Of a stretch of 55,725 nucleotides of DNA, positions 9,912 to 19,294 are shown one piece after another. This DNA comes from Candidatus Hodarchaeota archaeon (GTDB taxonomy: Archaea; Asgardarchaeota; Heimdallarchaeia; Hodarchaeales; Hodarchaeaceae): positions 1 through 55,725 of the forward strand of contig JAHQWW010000013.1 in assembly GCA_029856365.1 (NCBI GenBank), written 5' to 3'. Both the position numbers and the translations under genes were made by a program. The notes below the pieces were generated by a model. The model saw nothing but the letters and a program-made list of their open reading frames with translations, ran no database searches and was not told where the DNA came from. Within the stretch, counting starts at the first letter, position 1; each line of letters opens with the position of its first letter.

Positions 9912-9942
9912 ATAATATCTACCCTTTATTAACCTGTAACAC

Positions 9943-11163
9943 CTACATCTTTTTCCCTAGGTATCTCTTTGATCGCCAAAACGCGTCGGGGTCATCTTTC
10001 TTCCCGTACCTCCACCAGGGGAACTTAGCCATAAGATCATCCATCCATACCCACAGTCGATCCATAAATCGAACATGTTTGATGAAGAACCGAGCGACAT
10101 CATGACTAATTCCTGGGGGTTTGGTAAAAGGACAAACTCGAATGCAATTTGAGCAATCAGCAGAATTTTTTACCCAATAATCATAACAAGCGTCCACGTT
10201 AACATACCATTTATATGATCCATTATTATTGGAAATAGTATCCCAGGGAGTTTCCCAAGTAGGATCTGTCTCATAAGATATAGATTGTGACGGACAGGAC
10301 TTTGCACATTTTTTGCAAACTCTACAAAACCGGGTAACGCCGAAATCTATTGGCTTATCTGGCATTAATGGTAAATCAGTGAAAACTTTACATATTCGCA
10401 CCCTTTGTCCATACTTGGGATTTATTAGGAGACCATTACGCCCAAATTGCCCAAGACCTGCTTTGACAGCTAAAGGAACGGACAATCCTGTGTCATTACC
10501 AGCAGGAATCGCGTGGTAGCCTAATTTTCTTAAAGATTCTGCCATACAAGCGATGGCAAACGCCATTCGTGAGTAGCCATTTCCAGTTGCAATACTTGCT
10601 GGAAGAGCTGGTGATGTTTTCAAAGCATGATAGTCCATTTCGATCAGCATAACAATTGCATATTTCATTTCTTCTGGGAAATTGATTGGTTCGTTTCTTC
10701 GATCATGCGTGAAGATAAATGGAAGTTCAGGGTCAAGCTCGGCAATTCCTACTTTGCATGCACCAAATACTTGACCAATTCGTTTGATTAGCTTTGTGTT
10801 CGTTTTGATGTCAGTTGATTCTAGTTTGGGTAAAATATTGAACAGCTGCGTTGGAAGAATCTTCTTATCACTGTCTCCTCCAGCACTATTCCAATTAAAA
10901 GCTCCATAAAAATGATCATATATTGTCCAGGAAGCTTCTTGTGCGGCATAACCAATACGGCTATATCCCTTCTTGCCTACCTTATTGGACGCACGTTCTG
11001 TAATAGGACGCATGTGAGATGAATAGGATTCATCCCATACTACTCTAGCAAAAATCGTGTCCCTATTGGAAAATCTTTGGTATTTACTTTTATCTATTGC
11101 AAAAGGGATTTTTCCTTTCTTGAACTCTTTTTCAAGTTGTAATCGCCCGTTATTTTCAATCAT
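9943..11163 (-). CDS. rdhA: Reductive dehalogenase-like corrinoid/Fe-S protein without TAT signal
   Basis: FGA..VGI, AGLGQFGRNGLLINPKYGQRVR, TDLPL.PDKPIDFG, and two Fe-S motifs CRVCKKCAKSCP and C..YW....DCSNCIRVCP. No RRxFLK motif. Confidence 0.85.
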   Translation of the reverse strand: MIENNGRLQLEKEFKKGKIPFAIDKSKYQRFSNRDTIFARVVWDESYSSHMRPITERASNKVGKKGYSRIGYAAQEASWTIYDHFYGAFNWNSAGGDSDKKILPTQLFNILPKLESTDIKTNTKLIKRIGQVFGACKVGIAELDPELPFIFTHDRRNEPINFPEEMKYAIVMLIEMDYHALKTSPALPASIATGNGYSRMAFAIACMAESLRKLGYHAIPAGNDTGLSVPLAVKAGLGQFGRNGLLINPKYGQRVRICKVFTDLPLMPDKPIDFGVTRFCRVCKKCAKSCPSQSISYETDPTWETPWDTISNNNGSYKWYVNVDACYDYWVKNSADCSNCIRVCPFTKPPGISHDVARFFIKHVRFMDRLWVWMDDLMAKFPWWRYGKKDDPDAFWRSKRYLGKKM

Positions 11164-11686
11164 TGAAGATCACATGATGGATTAGAGAAGAGTAATCTTT
11201 TTTTAGTAATTGAATCTGTAATAATAAAAATCCTTGCGCTAAACATGATTAAAATTCAACTGTTATCAGTCTAGATGGTGAAGAGCTCCTAAATCAGTCT
11301 TTCATCATCTTTAACGTGAAAAGCTAGTAGTTTAATCCATCACGTCTTGTTTTTTGAAGTTACATGTATTTCTAAAGTTCTGAGATGGCTTACTTCGAAA
11401 AATAAAGTAAAATAATTTTGATTCTTGCGGTGTTAAGAAATATAGTGGATTGAAACAATGAAATCAAGAAAAAAATGTAGTCACATGAGGTAGTCAAATG
11501 GTACAAACAGGAGAAAGAGAGAGATAGGTCATAACAAGAGCAGAAAAGTATTTAGAAGAGAAAACAACGGGGTAGAAGAAGGTATTAAGAGAGATATAAT
11601 ATTCTGCTGTGGAAGGAGGTCTCTCTCTGAAAAGTCTTTAACTAATAGTAATAGTGATCAACCAATAAGTTCAGGGAAGAAGCGTC

Positions 11687-12898
11687 GTGGTTTTTTCAAC
11701 ACGAACAGAACAGATTTGGATACAGCACCATAAGAACCTCTCATGGCTCTGTCATCTATCAAAGAACCTTTATAATGAAGGGAATTATCAAATTCGTCAG
11801 GAACTGTTCGAACACAACAAATGGATTCGTTACAATGCTCTGAATAACAAAATTAAAACCACCAATAACTATCGTCAACTTCCAGCCCAGACGGCTCAAC
11901 AGGTGTTGAAAATCCTTGATAGAAGCTGGAAAGCCTTTTTTAACGTTGTCAAAGCCTGGAAGAATGACAAATCTAAATTTAAAGGAAGACCGAAACCCCC
12001 TCGGTACAAACTAAAGAATGGGGAATTTCTACTGGTTTTTACTAACCAACAGGTGAAATTAAAAGATAATTTCCTTATATTTCCCAAGAAAGTAGGGTTT
12101 ACACTAAAAACGAGACTGCCTGACAAAACTAACATAAGGGAAGTTCGAATTATCCCGAAAGGGGTAGGCTATGTAGTAGAAATCGTTTATAAGAAAAAGA
12201 TTAATCCTAAACCTTTGAAGAAATATAATATCATTGCTATTGATTTAGGGGTCCGCAATCTCATAACTACGGTAAATAACAATGGATTAAAACCGTTTGT
12301 TATTAATGGTGGGGTTGTCAAATCCATTAATCAATACTACAACAAAGAATGCGCCAGAATTCAATCAACCTATGACCATCAAGGGATAAAAACAGGGAAA
12401 GCAATGCAAAAACTAACCAATAAACGTAATATGAAAATCAATGACTATTTTCATAAAACTAGTCGAAGAATTATTGGGTACTGTGTACTTAATGACATTG
12501 GAACAGTTGTTATTGGGTACAATCCCAATTGGAAACAAAACTGCCAGATTGGTAAGAGGAACACCCAGAATTTTCTCACCATTCCATATAAAAAACTAAT
12601 TCAGCAATTAGTCTATAAAGCTGAAGATCAGGGTTTAACTGTCATTAAACAAGAGGAAAGCGACTCCAGTAAGTGTTCTTTCTTGGATGACGAACCAATC
12701 GAACCCCACGACAAATATTTCGACAGAAGAATTACTAGAGGGTTATTCAAATCCCACAAAGGCACTATTATTAATGCTGATGTGAATGGTGCGTATAACA
12801 TTCTGAAAAAAGCACTCCTGAACGCGGTTGACGCTGACAGGATAGAGGATGTAGGGTTACATCCCACACGATGGAGGTTAGCTTCGGTAACGAGCTAG
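11687..12898 (+). CDS. tnpB: TnpB RNA-guided endonuclease (IS200/IS605 superfamily, IS1341-like solo tnpB)
   Basis: LC..SKNLYN, AQ..QQ.L, P.PP.Y, RuvC-I AIDLG, FHK.S, VIGYNPNWKQ, EES..SKCSFLD, RuvC-III NADVNGAYNI. Confidence 0.92.
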   Translation: MVFSTRTEQIWIQHHKNLSWLCHLSKNLYNEGNYQIRQELFEHNKWIRYNALNNKIKTTNNYRQLPAQTAQQVLKILDRSWKAFFNVVKAWKNDKSKFKGRPKPPRYKLKNGEFLLVFTNQQVKLKDNFLIFPKKVGFTLKTRLPDKTNIREVRIIPKGVGYVVEIVYKKKINPKPLKKYNIIAIDLGVRNLITTVNNNGLKPFVINGGVVKSINQYYNKECARIQSTYDHQGIKTGKAMQKLTNKRNMKINDYFHKTSRRIIGYCVLNDIGTVVIGYNPNWKQNCQIGKRNTQNFLTIPYKKLIQQLVYKAEDQGLTVIKQEESDSSKCSFLDDEPIEPHDKYFDRRITRGLFKSHKGTIINADVNGAYNILKKALLNAVDADRIEDVGLHPTRWRLASVTS

Positions 12899-12950
12899 TT
12901 GATGACCTCGTATGAATAAAATTGAATATATTTTTATCAATTTTAATAAC
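11687..12950 (+). mobile_element. Non-autonomous IS1341-like element; left end not defined
   Basis: tnpB with no tnpA nearby, and a subterminal right-end hairpin followed by ATAAC at 12946-12950. The left end lies somewhere in 11164-11686. Confidence 0.65.
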
Positions 12951-12970
12951 CTAAGTGAATTATCCTAATA
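12780..12970 (+). ncRNA. Putative omega/reRNA scaffold plus flanking guide
   Basis: TnpB omega-RNAs overlap the 3' end of the gene and the right end. Stems seen: GGATGTA/TACATCC, TAGCT/AGCTA, TAAAATTGA (12917-12925)/TCAATTTTA (12937-12945). Boundaries are inferred. Confidence 0.5.
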
Positions 12971-13017
12971 ATCTATAATTTAAGCTGGGGATTATCACAG
13001 GTTAGGGGTTAATATTA

Positions 13018-14058
13018 GTGAAAAAACATTTTCAGCAATTCTTAAAACAGATCCAAACAACGCAAAGGCAAGCAATAAAAGAAGCAGAGAAGAATCCATC
13101 ATTTTCTTTTCGTGAATTTATGTATCAAGATATTCCTCCAAAAATGGTGGCTATTGATGGCTCAAATCGGTGGATCTGGTATAATCCAGATGTTGATGCA
13201 AGAATTGCTATCATTCGCGCAGCAGTAGTAGTGTATGAATATCATGCTCAATCAAAATCCTTGAGATTAGTTGATCATGACCACAAGGATGTCCCTGCTC
13301 TGATTGTGCCAAACAATCTTGAGATGTTAAACTACGATCAAGATGTTAAAGCTCTCCATCAAGAAATTAAAAACGTTTTAGGAAAACGCCCAACAGCTCA
13401 AGGGATTTTAAGTCAATTAAGGGAGTTCGAAGAATATAAGCTAGCTGAAGATTGTGCTTTGAAATATTCAGATTCTATGATTGTGATGGATGGGGCTTTG
13501 ACAATAGCTCAAATAAAGCCGATCGAAGATGCAGCTGGAAACTTAAGAGAAGCCTGTGTAGAGAACAATAACATTCTTATTGGTGTATCAAAACGAAACA
13601 CAACAAGACGACTCAGTTCCGACCTTACTGATGAAGCAGTAGTTAAACGATTGACTGAAAATGATCCACGTATGTTATACACCGAAATTCGAGAAGTACC
13701 TAAAGGAAAACAGGTTTATCCTCCATTAGGAAGGACATTTTTAGCAAAACTTCATTCTAACCCCATAAAAAGCTTTAGAGTGGATGTTGTGCTTCAGAAG
13801 CAGCAAAAAATTGAAACAATTCTCTCCCATTTAGCTTATTATTCGATGATTGATAGTTTTCCTGGGTACCCTTTTCCTTTAGTTGACGCTCACAACATTG
13901 CTGCCTTGGTTCGACGAGTTCCAGATATGTATAACCATGAATTGGTCGAAGCTGCTACTACTCTTGGTATCGAAGATGAATTACTTCAATATCTTATAAT
14001 CCATGAACGAATTGAAAGAGACCCCTTTCATCGACATTTAGATGATATCACCCGTTGA
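13018..14058 (+). CDS. nurA: NurA 5'-3' nuclease
   Basis: VAIDGS, VMDGAL, IGVSK, GYPFPLVDAH motifs; immediately upstream of herA. Confidence 0.88.
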   Translation: MKKHFQQFLKQIQTTQRQAIKEAEKNPSFSFREFMYQDIPPKMVAIDGSNRWIWYNPDVDARIAIIRAAVVVYEYHAQSKSLRLVDHDHKDVPALIVPNNLEMLNYDQDVKALHQEIKNVLGKRPTAQGILSQLREFEEYKLAEDCALKYSDSMIVMDGALTIAQIKPIEDAAGNLREACVENNNILIGVSKRNTTRRLSSDLTDEAVVKRLTENDPRMLYTEIREVPKGKQVYPPLGRTFLAKLHSNPIKSFRVDVVLQKQQKIETILSHLAYYSMIDSFPGYPFPLVDAHNIAALVRRVPDMYNHELVEAATTLGIEDELLQYLIIHERIERDPFHRHLDDITR

Positions 14059-15678
14059 ATGAAAAAGGAGAATAAAAAGATGGAAGAAACAGATAGCTCC
14101 ACAAGCTCGGATGAGATTCTTGGAGAAGTAATTTCAGGGGCTGTAAGTTCCACAATTCAATTGAAACTGAAAACTGATAGCGAGGAAGTAAGAATAGGAT
14201 ATCCTGCAGTTGTTGAAGGTAATAAATATGATTTCTTTTGTATTATAGCTGATATTTCCTTTCCTACAAGTAATGCGGTAACAATGTTAGCAAATGCGGA
14301 GAAATTACGAAGTACAATTCCTATGACCTCCATTGAAACTGCTCGTGGACGTACTTTCTATAGTACAGCAGAATTACAATGTGTCCAGATGATAGATAAA
14401 GAGACGAATAAAACATTTTCATTTGAGACCCTTCCTCCATATTTCTCATCTGGTCGTTTCGCCAATGAAGACGATGTGAATAGAGTTTATCAAACTGATC
14501 TTCCAGAATACTCACAATCAGTGGGAACATTACGAGGTGTCGAAGGGTTTGAGATTCCAATTGATTTTCAAGAATTGGTTCAAGTGCCTTTTGGAATCTT
14601 TGGCCGAACCCATTCTGGGAAGACTTTTCTCAATAAGATCATTCTAGGAAATATTCTTCAACTTGGGGTCGCGCAAATCTTGGTTTTTGACATGCAATCA
14701 GAATACGGTTGGCGAAGTCGTGCTGACCAGTCAGCTGGACTCAAATTCTTCTTTGAAGACAAAATCACCCTGCTAGGATTAGATCCAAAAACAAGTAAAA
14801 ATCTCGATGAAGTTTTATACCTAGGAGAAGATGAGATTACACCACAGGATATAATTGTTGCGTTTCAAGATCTTAGTCCCGCGATGAAGGATGCAATTCA
14901 TGAAATCAATAGACACCGAGGTGGTCAAACATTAGTAGAGGCGATCGCAAATGCACCTATTGCTGATCCTAATCCATTTCAAGCGACCCGAGGTACCTTA
15001 AGCGCGCTAAGCAGACGTATTGCTCGTTTAGAACGGCTAGAATTTATTGTTTCTCCAGGAAAAGGAACTTTAAACAAAGTTTTAACCTATTTAAAAGCTG
15101 GTCAGTCCATTGTCGTTGATTTTGGTAAATATGGAGCAGACTTCTTCGCATACCTATTTGTAGCAAATATACTTTCAAGACGTCTGTATCAAGCTTATAG
15201 TGAAATGGTCGATATGGCAGAATATCCCCATTTAGTAGTGCTTCTTGAGGAAGCTCATAAGTTCCTAGACCCATCAATTGCCAGAGGAACAATTTTTGAT
15301 CGCTTAGCTCGAGAAATGAGAAAATTTAAATTAGTTTTAGCAATGGTAGATCAACGTCCTTCAAGAATTGATCCTGAAATTTTGTCCCAGTTAGCAAATC
15401 GATTCATTCTTTCGTTAAATGATCCAAAAGATATTACAGGAGCTCTTTCAGGCCCTGTAGATCCTGCAGCTTGGCGTGCTATCGTGAAAGCAATGCCACC
15501 ACGGACTGTCTTAATGTTTGGGGATGCAATTAAGGCACCCACCGCTATGGATGTCCTAGAATACAGTGATCAGACTATGACCCACAAATGGAAAGTAACA
15601 CATACAAGCACCCGCTTAAAACAAAAACTACAAGAAATGTCTGATGAAGAAAAGAGTGACCTGTTTAAGCCAAAATAG
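14059..15678 (+). CDS. herA: HerA helicase/translocase
   Basis: N-terminal HAS barrel, GIFGRTHSGKT, VFDMQSEY, LLEEAHKF, AREMRKF, DQRPS. An alternative start at 14080 is possible. Confidence 0.9.
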   Translation: MKKENKKMEETDSSTSSDEILGEVISGAVSSTIQLKLKTDSEEVRIGYPAVVEGNKYDFFCIIADISFPTSNAVTMLANAEKLRSTIPMTSIETARGRTFYSTAELQCVQMIDKETNKTFSFETLPPYFSSGRFANEDDVNRVYQTDLPEYSQSVGTLRGVEGFEIPIDFQELVQVPFGIFGRTHSGKTFLNKIILGNILQLGVAQILVFDMQSEYGWRSRADQSAGLKFFFEDKITLLGLDPKTSKNLDEVLYLGEDEITPQDIIVAFQDLSPAMKDAIHEINRHRGGQTLVEAIANAPIADPNPFQATRGTLSALSRRIARLERLEFIVSPGKGTLNKVLTYLKAGQSIVVDFGKYGADFFAYLFVANILSRRLYQAYSEMVDMAEYPHLVVLLEEAHKFLDPSIARGTIFDRLAREMRKFKLVLAMVDQRPSRIDPEILSQLANRFILSLNDPKDITGALSGPVDPAAWRAIVKAMPPRTVLMFGDAIKAPTAMDVLEYSDQTMTHKWKVTHTSTRLKQKLQEMSDEEKSDLFKPK

Positions 15679-15689
15679 CCAGCTGATCA

Positions 15690-16922
15690 ATGATGGCAAA
15701 AATCTTATTCGTCTCTGATGTTCATATAGGTATTAGATATCCTTATCGTGTTAATCTTCGAACTGGGATAAGCGAACGAACAATGGATTTCATTGAAGCA
15801 TTAGTTCGTGTTGTCAAATATGCAATAAAAGAACAAATAGATATCTTTGTTATTTCAGGGGATTTATACGATCGTGTGACTATTGGCCCCACATTATTAC
15901 GTCAGGTAAGGGAAAAAATCTGGCAACCACTACTTAATCATAGAATTCCAATCGTCTTAGTAGGAGGGAATCATGATTCTCCTCAGATTTTTGAGAAAGG
16001 ATCTCCTTTTGGTGAGATCTCAATTATTCCTAATAGCTATGCAGTTAGATGGCCTCAATCGCAAAAAGTTAAAGCACGAAACACAGAAGAGGAAATCGGA
16101 TTCGTTCTCCTTCCCTACATGACAGCTACTCAGGCTGTAGCATATGCAGAGGAACGGATCGGGGAAGAGATCGAACGAGGCCAACATATGATTCGTAGTC
16201 AGCAGTTATTTCGTGATTGGATTAAACATGAAGTGAAAATGCTTGACACAAAGATTAAATTCATTGTTGGGCATTTCTATGTAAAGGGATCGAAAATTGG
16301 CATAATTCCTTATCCTGATCAGTTACCACATGAGTTCATCTTTAAGAAAGATATGCTTCCGCTAGAAGAGATTGACCTCGCAGTCTTTGGCCATATTCAT
16401 ACAACACAAGTATTGTTTAATGGTAAAGTATTAGTTCCTGGATCTCTGGAACGAGTGGATTTCGGTGAAACAACAGAAGATAAAGGATTTTATGTCTATA
16501 ATACAAATACGAAGAAATTAGATTTTGTTTCAAACAATCCTCGTCCATTACTAAGGAAGTTCATAGAGGTTCTTCAAGATACTCAAAATCCAACTGATTT
16601 CATTCTTAAGCATCTTCCCCAGGAATTTGATAATGCGATTGTACGCCTTGACATTCAAATCTCTTCTTTACTTAAAAAACGTGTGATTCTGCCCCGAATT
16701 CATCAAACTCTAGAAGAACGAGCATTTCATTATGAGATTAATTGGAATACCTCAGAAACAATTAGAGAAATTGTAATATCAGATTTAATCTTAGATCCTT
16801 TAGTATTATTTGCTGAATTCGTATCAGAACAATATAATGACTATCCTTACATGAAAGAACTTCGTCAAAAGGGTTTAGAAATCTTAGATGCCGCTATCTC
16901 AAAAGTGGAGGAAGAAAAATGA
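15690..16922 (+). CDS. mre11: Mre11/SbcD nuclease
   Basis: Metallophosphoesterase motifs SDVHIG, SGDLYD, GNHD, GH, GHIH and PGSLERVDFGE. Confidence 0.92.
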   Translation: MMAKILFVSDVHIGIRYPYRVNLRTGISERTMDFIEALVRVVKYAIKEQIDIFVISGDLYDRVTIGPTLLRQVREKIWQPLLNHRIPIVLVGGNHDSPQIFEKGSPFGEISIIPNSYAVRWPQSQKVKARNTEEEIGFVLLPYMTATQAVAYAEERIGEEIERGQHMIRSQQLFRDWIKHEVKMLDTKIKFIVGHFYVKGSKIGIIPYPDQLPHEFIFKKDMLPLEEIDLAVFGHIHTTQVLFNGKVLVPGSLERVDFGETTEDKGFYVYNTNTKKLDFVSNNPRPLLRKFIEVLQDTQNPTDFILKHLPQEFDNAIVRLDIQISSLLKKRVILPRIHQTLEERAFHYEINWNTSETIREIVISDLILDPLVLFAEFVSEQYNDYPYMKELRQKGLEILDAAISKVEEEK

Positions 16923-19285
16923 GTACTCAAGCACGAACTGGGCTAGGATTTGATCTCCAGAAAATTGAACTGTATCGGTTCATGAACTACCAAACACCTG
17001 TAAAGTTTGATTTTGAAGCGCCTTATATTGTAATTGCAGGACAAACTGGTTCTGGAAAGACTACAATCCTAGATGCCCTGACATTTGCCCTCTTTGGTAA
17101 GAGTTCCCGATTAGATTTAAGAAATGTGAAGATTGAAGACATTTGCAAGAAAAATGGAAAGGTTATTTGCCAATTTATAACAGGAAATAATGTTATCCGA
17201 ATAAAGCGTGGACGAGATAATCGGGGAAAGAGCTACCTTGAACTCTTCATTGATGGGAAACGAGTTCCAGGAAAAATTCCAGAATTAAACGAGAAAATTC
17301 GATCAACTATACTTGGAATGAACTATCAGTCTTTTGTAAATTCAACAATCATTCGTCAGGATGAAATGAAAGCCCTTGGTTCAAAATCATCCACAGAGAG
17401 ATTGAGAACTCTACAAAACTTATTTAGGTTAGATATTTTTGAAAAGGCGATTAAAGACACACAGAAACGATTGCAAGAAGTAACGAATGAGAAAAACCAG
17501 AAAGAGGGGGAGTTAAAAGTGAAAAAGGAAGAGGTATTAAAAGTAAACCAGATGGAGACCGATTTAGCAGAGCTTAAACCTCAATTGACTTCCTATAAGA
17601 AGAAACATAACACTTTGAGCCAAATTATTGAAGAACTACAGAAAAAAGAAGAACATCAACGGTCTAAATTAGAGAAATATCAAGCTTTACAAGCGACAGA
17701 AATAAGGGCCCAAACTCGACTAAAGGCATATCTAAAAGACCTCGCAGAAGCAAATGCTGAGTTACGAAAATATCAAGAACTTCAAAAACAGCTTCTAGAA
17801 TTAGAAACCCAAACCAAAGAAATAAAGAATCTGGAAGAGGAAATATCAAGATTAGAAAGTATTAAAAGAGATTATGAACTAATTGAAAACCATTTAGAAA
17901 CTTTAGAAAAGAAAAAAACCAATAGAGAAAACAATTTGAAAAAGGATTTGAAGAAAAAGCTTGATCGACTCAAAAAGGAACAGGATAGAACAAAAAATCT
18001 AAGTACGACCATTGATCACGAAGCAGCCTTTAAACTTCTCAATCAAGAAGGAAGGCTACTAGAACGGATCCAACGGATATCGTTAGAACAGTCTTGGAAC
18101 CTTACTGAAAGAATCTTGGAAGAAATACATGAGGAACAGCTTCAAGCTAGGCAGGATTTAAAAGATTTACAAACAGAAAAGAAAAAAATCAATAAAGACT
18201 CTTTCATTCTTTCAGAAATTTCACAACGAATCACGGAGCTTGAAGAAGAGGTAAATGAGCTTGAAAATCGGTTGAAACGAGAAAGAGAAGCTGACGAAAA
18301 AGAACTGCTTAGAGAGAAAGCAAAATTAGAGAAACTTGATTTTTCTCCTGAAAAAAACCAAAATTTGATCACCTTGCAAGATAAATATAAATCTAATCAA
18401 ATTCTTAATGAAGAATATGCAAGAATCAAACAAAAAGCTGAAAATGAAGTTGATCCTACCTCTAAGATTACTACCATTAAAAAAGGGGTGAAAGAACTAG
18501 AAACAGAAATTGAGGATTATCAAAGTAGACAAAAAGGCTTTGCATCGTTCAAGAAGGAGTATGATAACCTATTAACGGAATTAGAGAATAAAAAGAAAGA
18601 AGAAAGAACAATTGATAAGACAATAACTCTATTAGAAGAACGAATGAAAAATCTATCTCAAATGATCACAGAACTAAAACAACTTGAACCTGAAGTAAAA
18701 GTATTAGAGAAGACAATCAAAGGACTAGTAAAGGAAGAAGAAATCTTTGAGAAACTGAAGAATGAAGTCTTTCACACCAAGGGGGCACCGTTTTATGCTA
18801 TAAATAAAGTGTTACCAAGATTAGGAAGACGTGCCTCTTTCATTTTAGCCGAGCTAACCAATAACAGATTCTCTCACATTCAATTGCAAAAAATTGAGGC
18901 TGGGAGTCAGGGGATGGGATTTGAAATATTAATAAAGGTTCAAGACGGAGTTCGTGATGTCGCAACATTCTCAGGTGGGGAACGAACGCAAATTAACGCA
19001 GCATTACGGTTGGCTATTAGTGAAGAAATTTCTGAACTCGGTCAAGTTGAGAGAACTGCTAGTACTAGTAAAAAGACCTTGTTTATTGATGAGGGAGATT
19101 TGGGCTCACTTGATACCTTAGAAGCACAACAGGCATTTGTTAAGAAACTCTTTCAACTAACAAATCGGTTTAAAATCATTTTGATTACCCACATCCAAGA
19201 GATTGCAGACCAATTCCCTCATTCTATAAGTATTACCCGAGATAGCTATGGTCGGTCTATAAAAGAAGAAGAGGCAAGATCATAG
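16919..19285 (+). CDS. rad50: Rad50/SbcC SMC-like ATPase lacking a CxxC zinc hook
   Basis: GQTGSGKTT, Q-loop IRQDE, long coiled coil, FSGGE signature, FIDEGDLGSLD, ITH. ATGA overlap with mre11. Confidence 0.9.
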   Translation: MSTQARTGLGFDLQKIELYRFMNYQTPVKFDFEAPYIVIAGQTGSGKTTILDALTFALFGKSSRLDLRNVKIEDICKKNGKVICQFITGNNVIRIKRGRDNRGKSYLELFIDGKRVPGKIPELNEKIRSTILGMNYQSFVNSTIIRQDEMKALGSKSSTERLRTLQNLFRLDIFEKAIKDTQKRLQEVTNEKNQKEGELKVKKEEVLKVNQMETDLAELKPQLTSYKKKHNTLSQIIEELQKKEEHQRSKLEKYQALQATEIRAQTRLKAYLKDLAEANAELRKYQELQKQLLELETQTKEIKNLEEEISRLESIKRDYELIENHLETLEKKKTNRENNLKKDLKKKLDRLKKEQDRTKNLSTTIDHEAAFKLLNQEGRLLERIQRISLEQSWNLTERILEEIHEEQLQARQDLKDLQTEKKKINKDSFILSEISQRITELEEEVNELENRLKREREADEKELLREKAKLEKLDFSPEKNQNLITLQDKYKSNQILNEEYARIKQKAENEVDPTSKITTIKKGVKELETEIEDYQSRQKGFASFKKEYDNLLTELENKKKEERTIDKTITLLEERMKNLSQMITELKQLEPEVKVLEKTIKGLVKEEEIFEKLKNEVFHTKGAPFYAINKVLPRLGRRASFILAELTNNRFSHIQLQKIEAGSQGMGFEILIKVQDGVRDVATFSGGERTQINAALRLAISEEISELGQVERTASTSKKTLFIDEGDLGSLDTLEAQQAFVKKLFQLTNRFKIILITHIQEIADQFPHSISITRDSYGRSIKEEEARS

Positions 19286-19294
19286 TGAATTAGT

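Noticed and set aside
11687-12898. tnpB as a Cas12f or type V CRISPR effector
   Set aside because: No array or cas1/cas2 is present, and an IS-type right-end hairpin follows the gene.
16919-19285. Calling the coiled-coil ATPase SMC, or part of Wadjet/Lamassu
   Set aside because: There is no hinge domain, kleisin or KITE gene. It overlaps mre11 within a nurA-herA operon.
19284-19292. AGTGAATTA between rad50 and the helicase matches part of the predicted TnpB guide
   Set aside because: An AT-rich 9-mer is expected about once by chance in a window this size, and the guide's first bases do not match.
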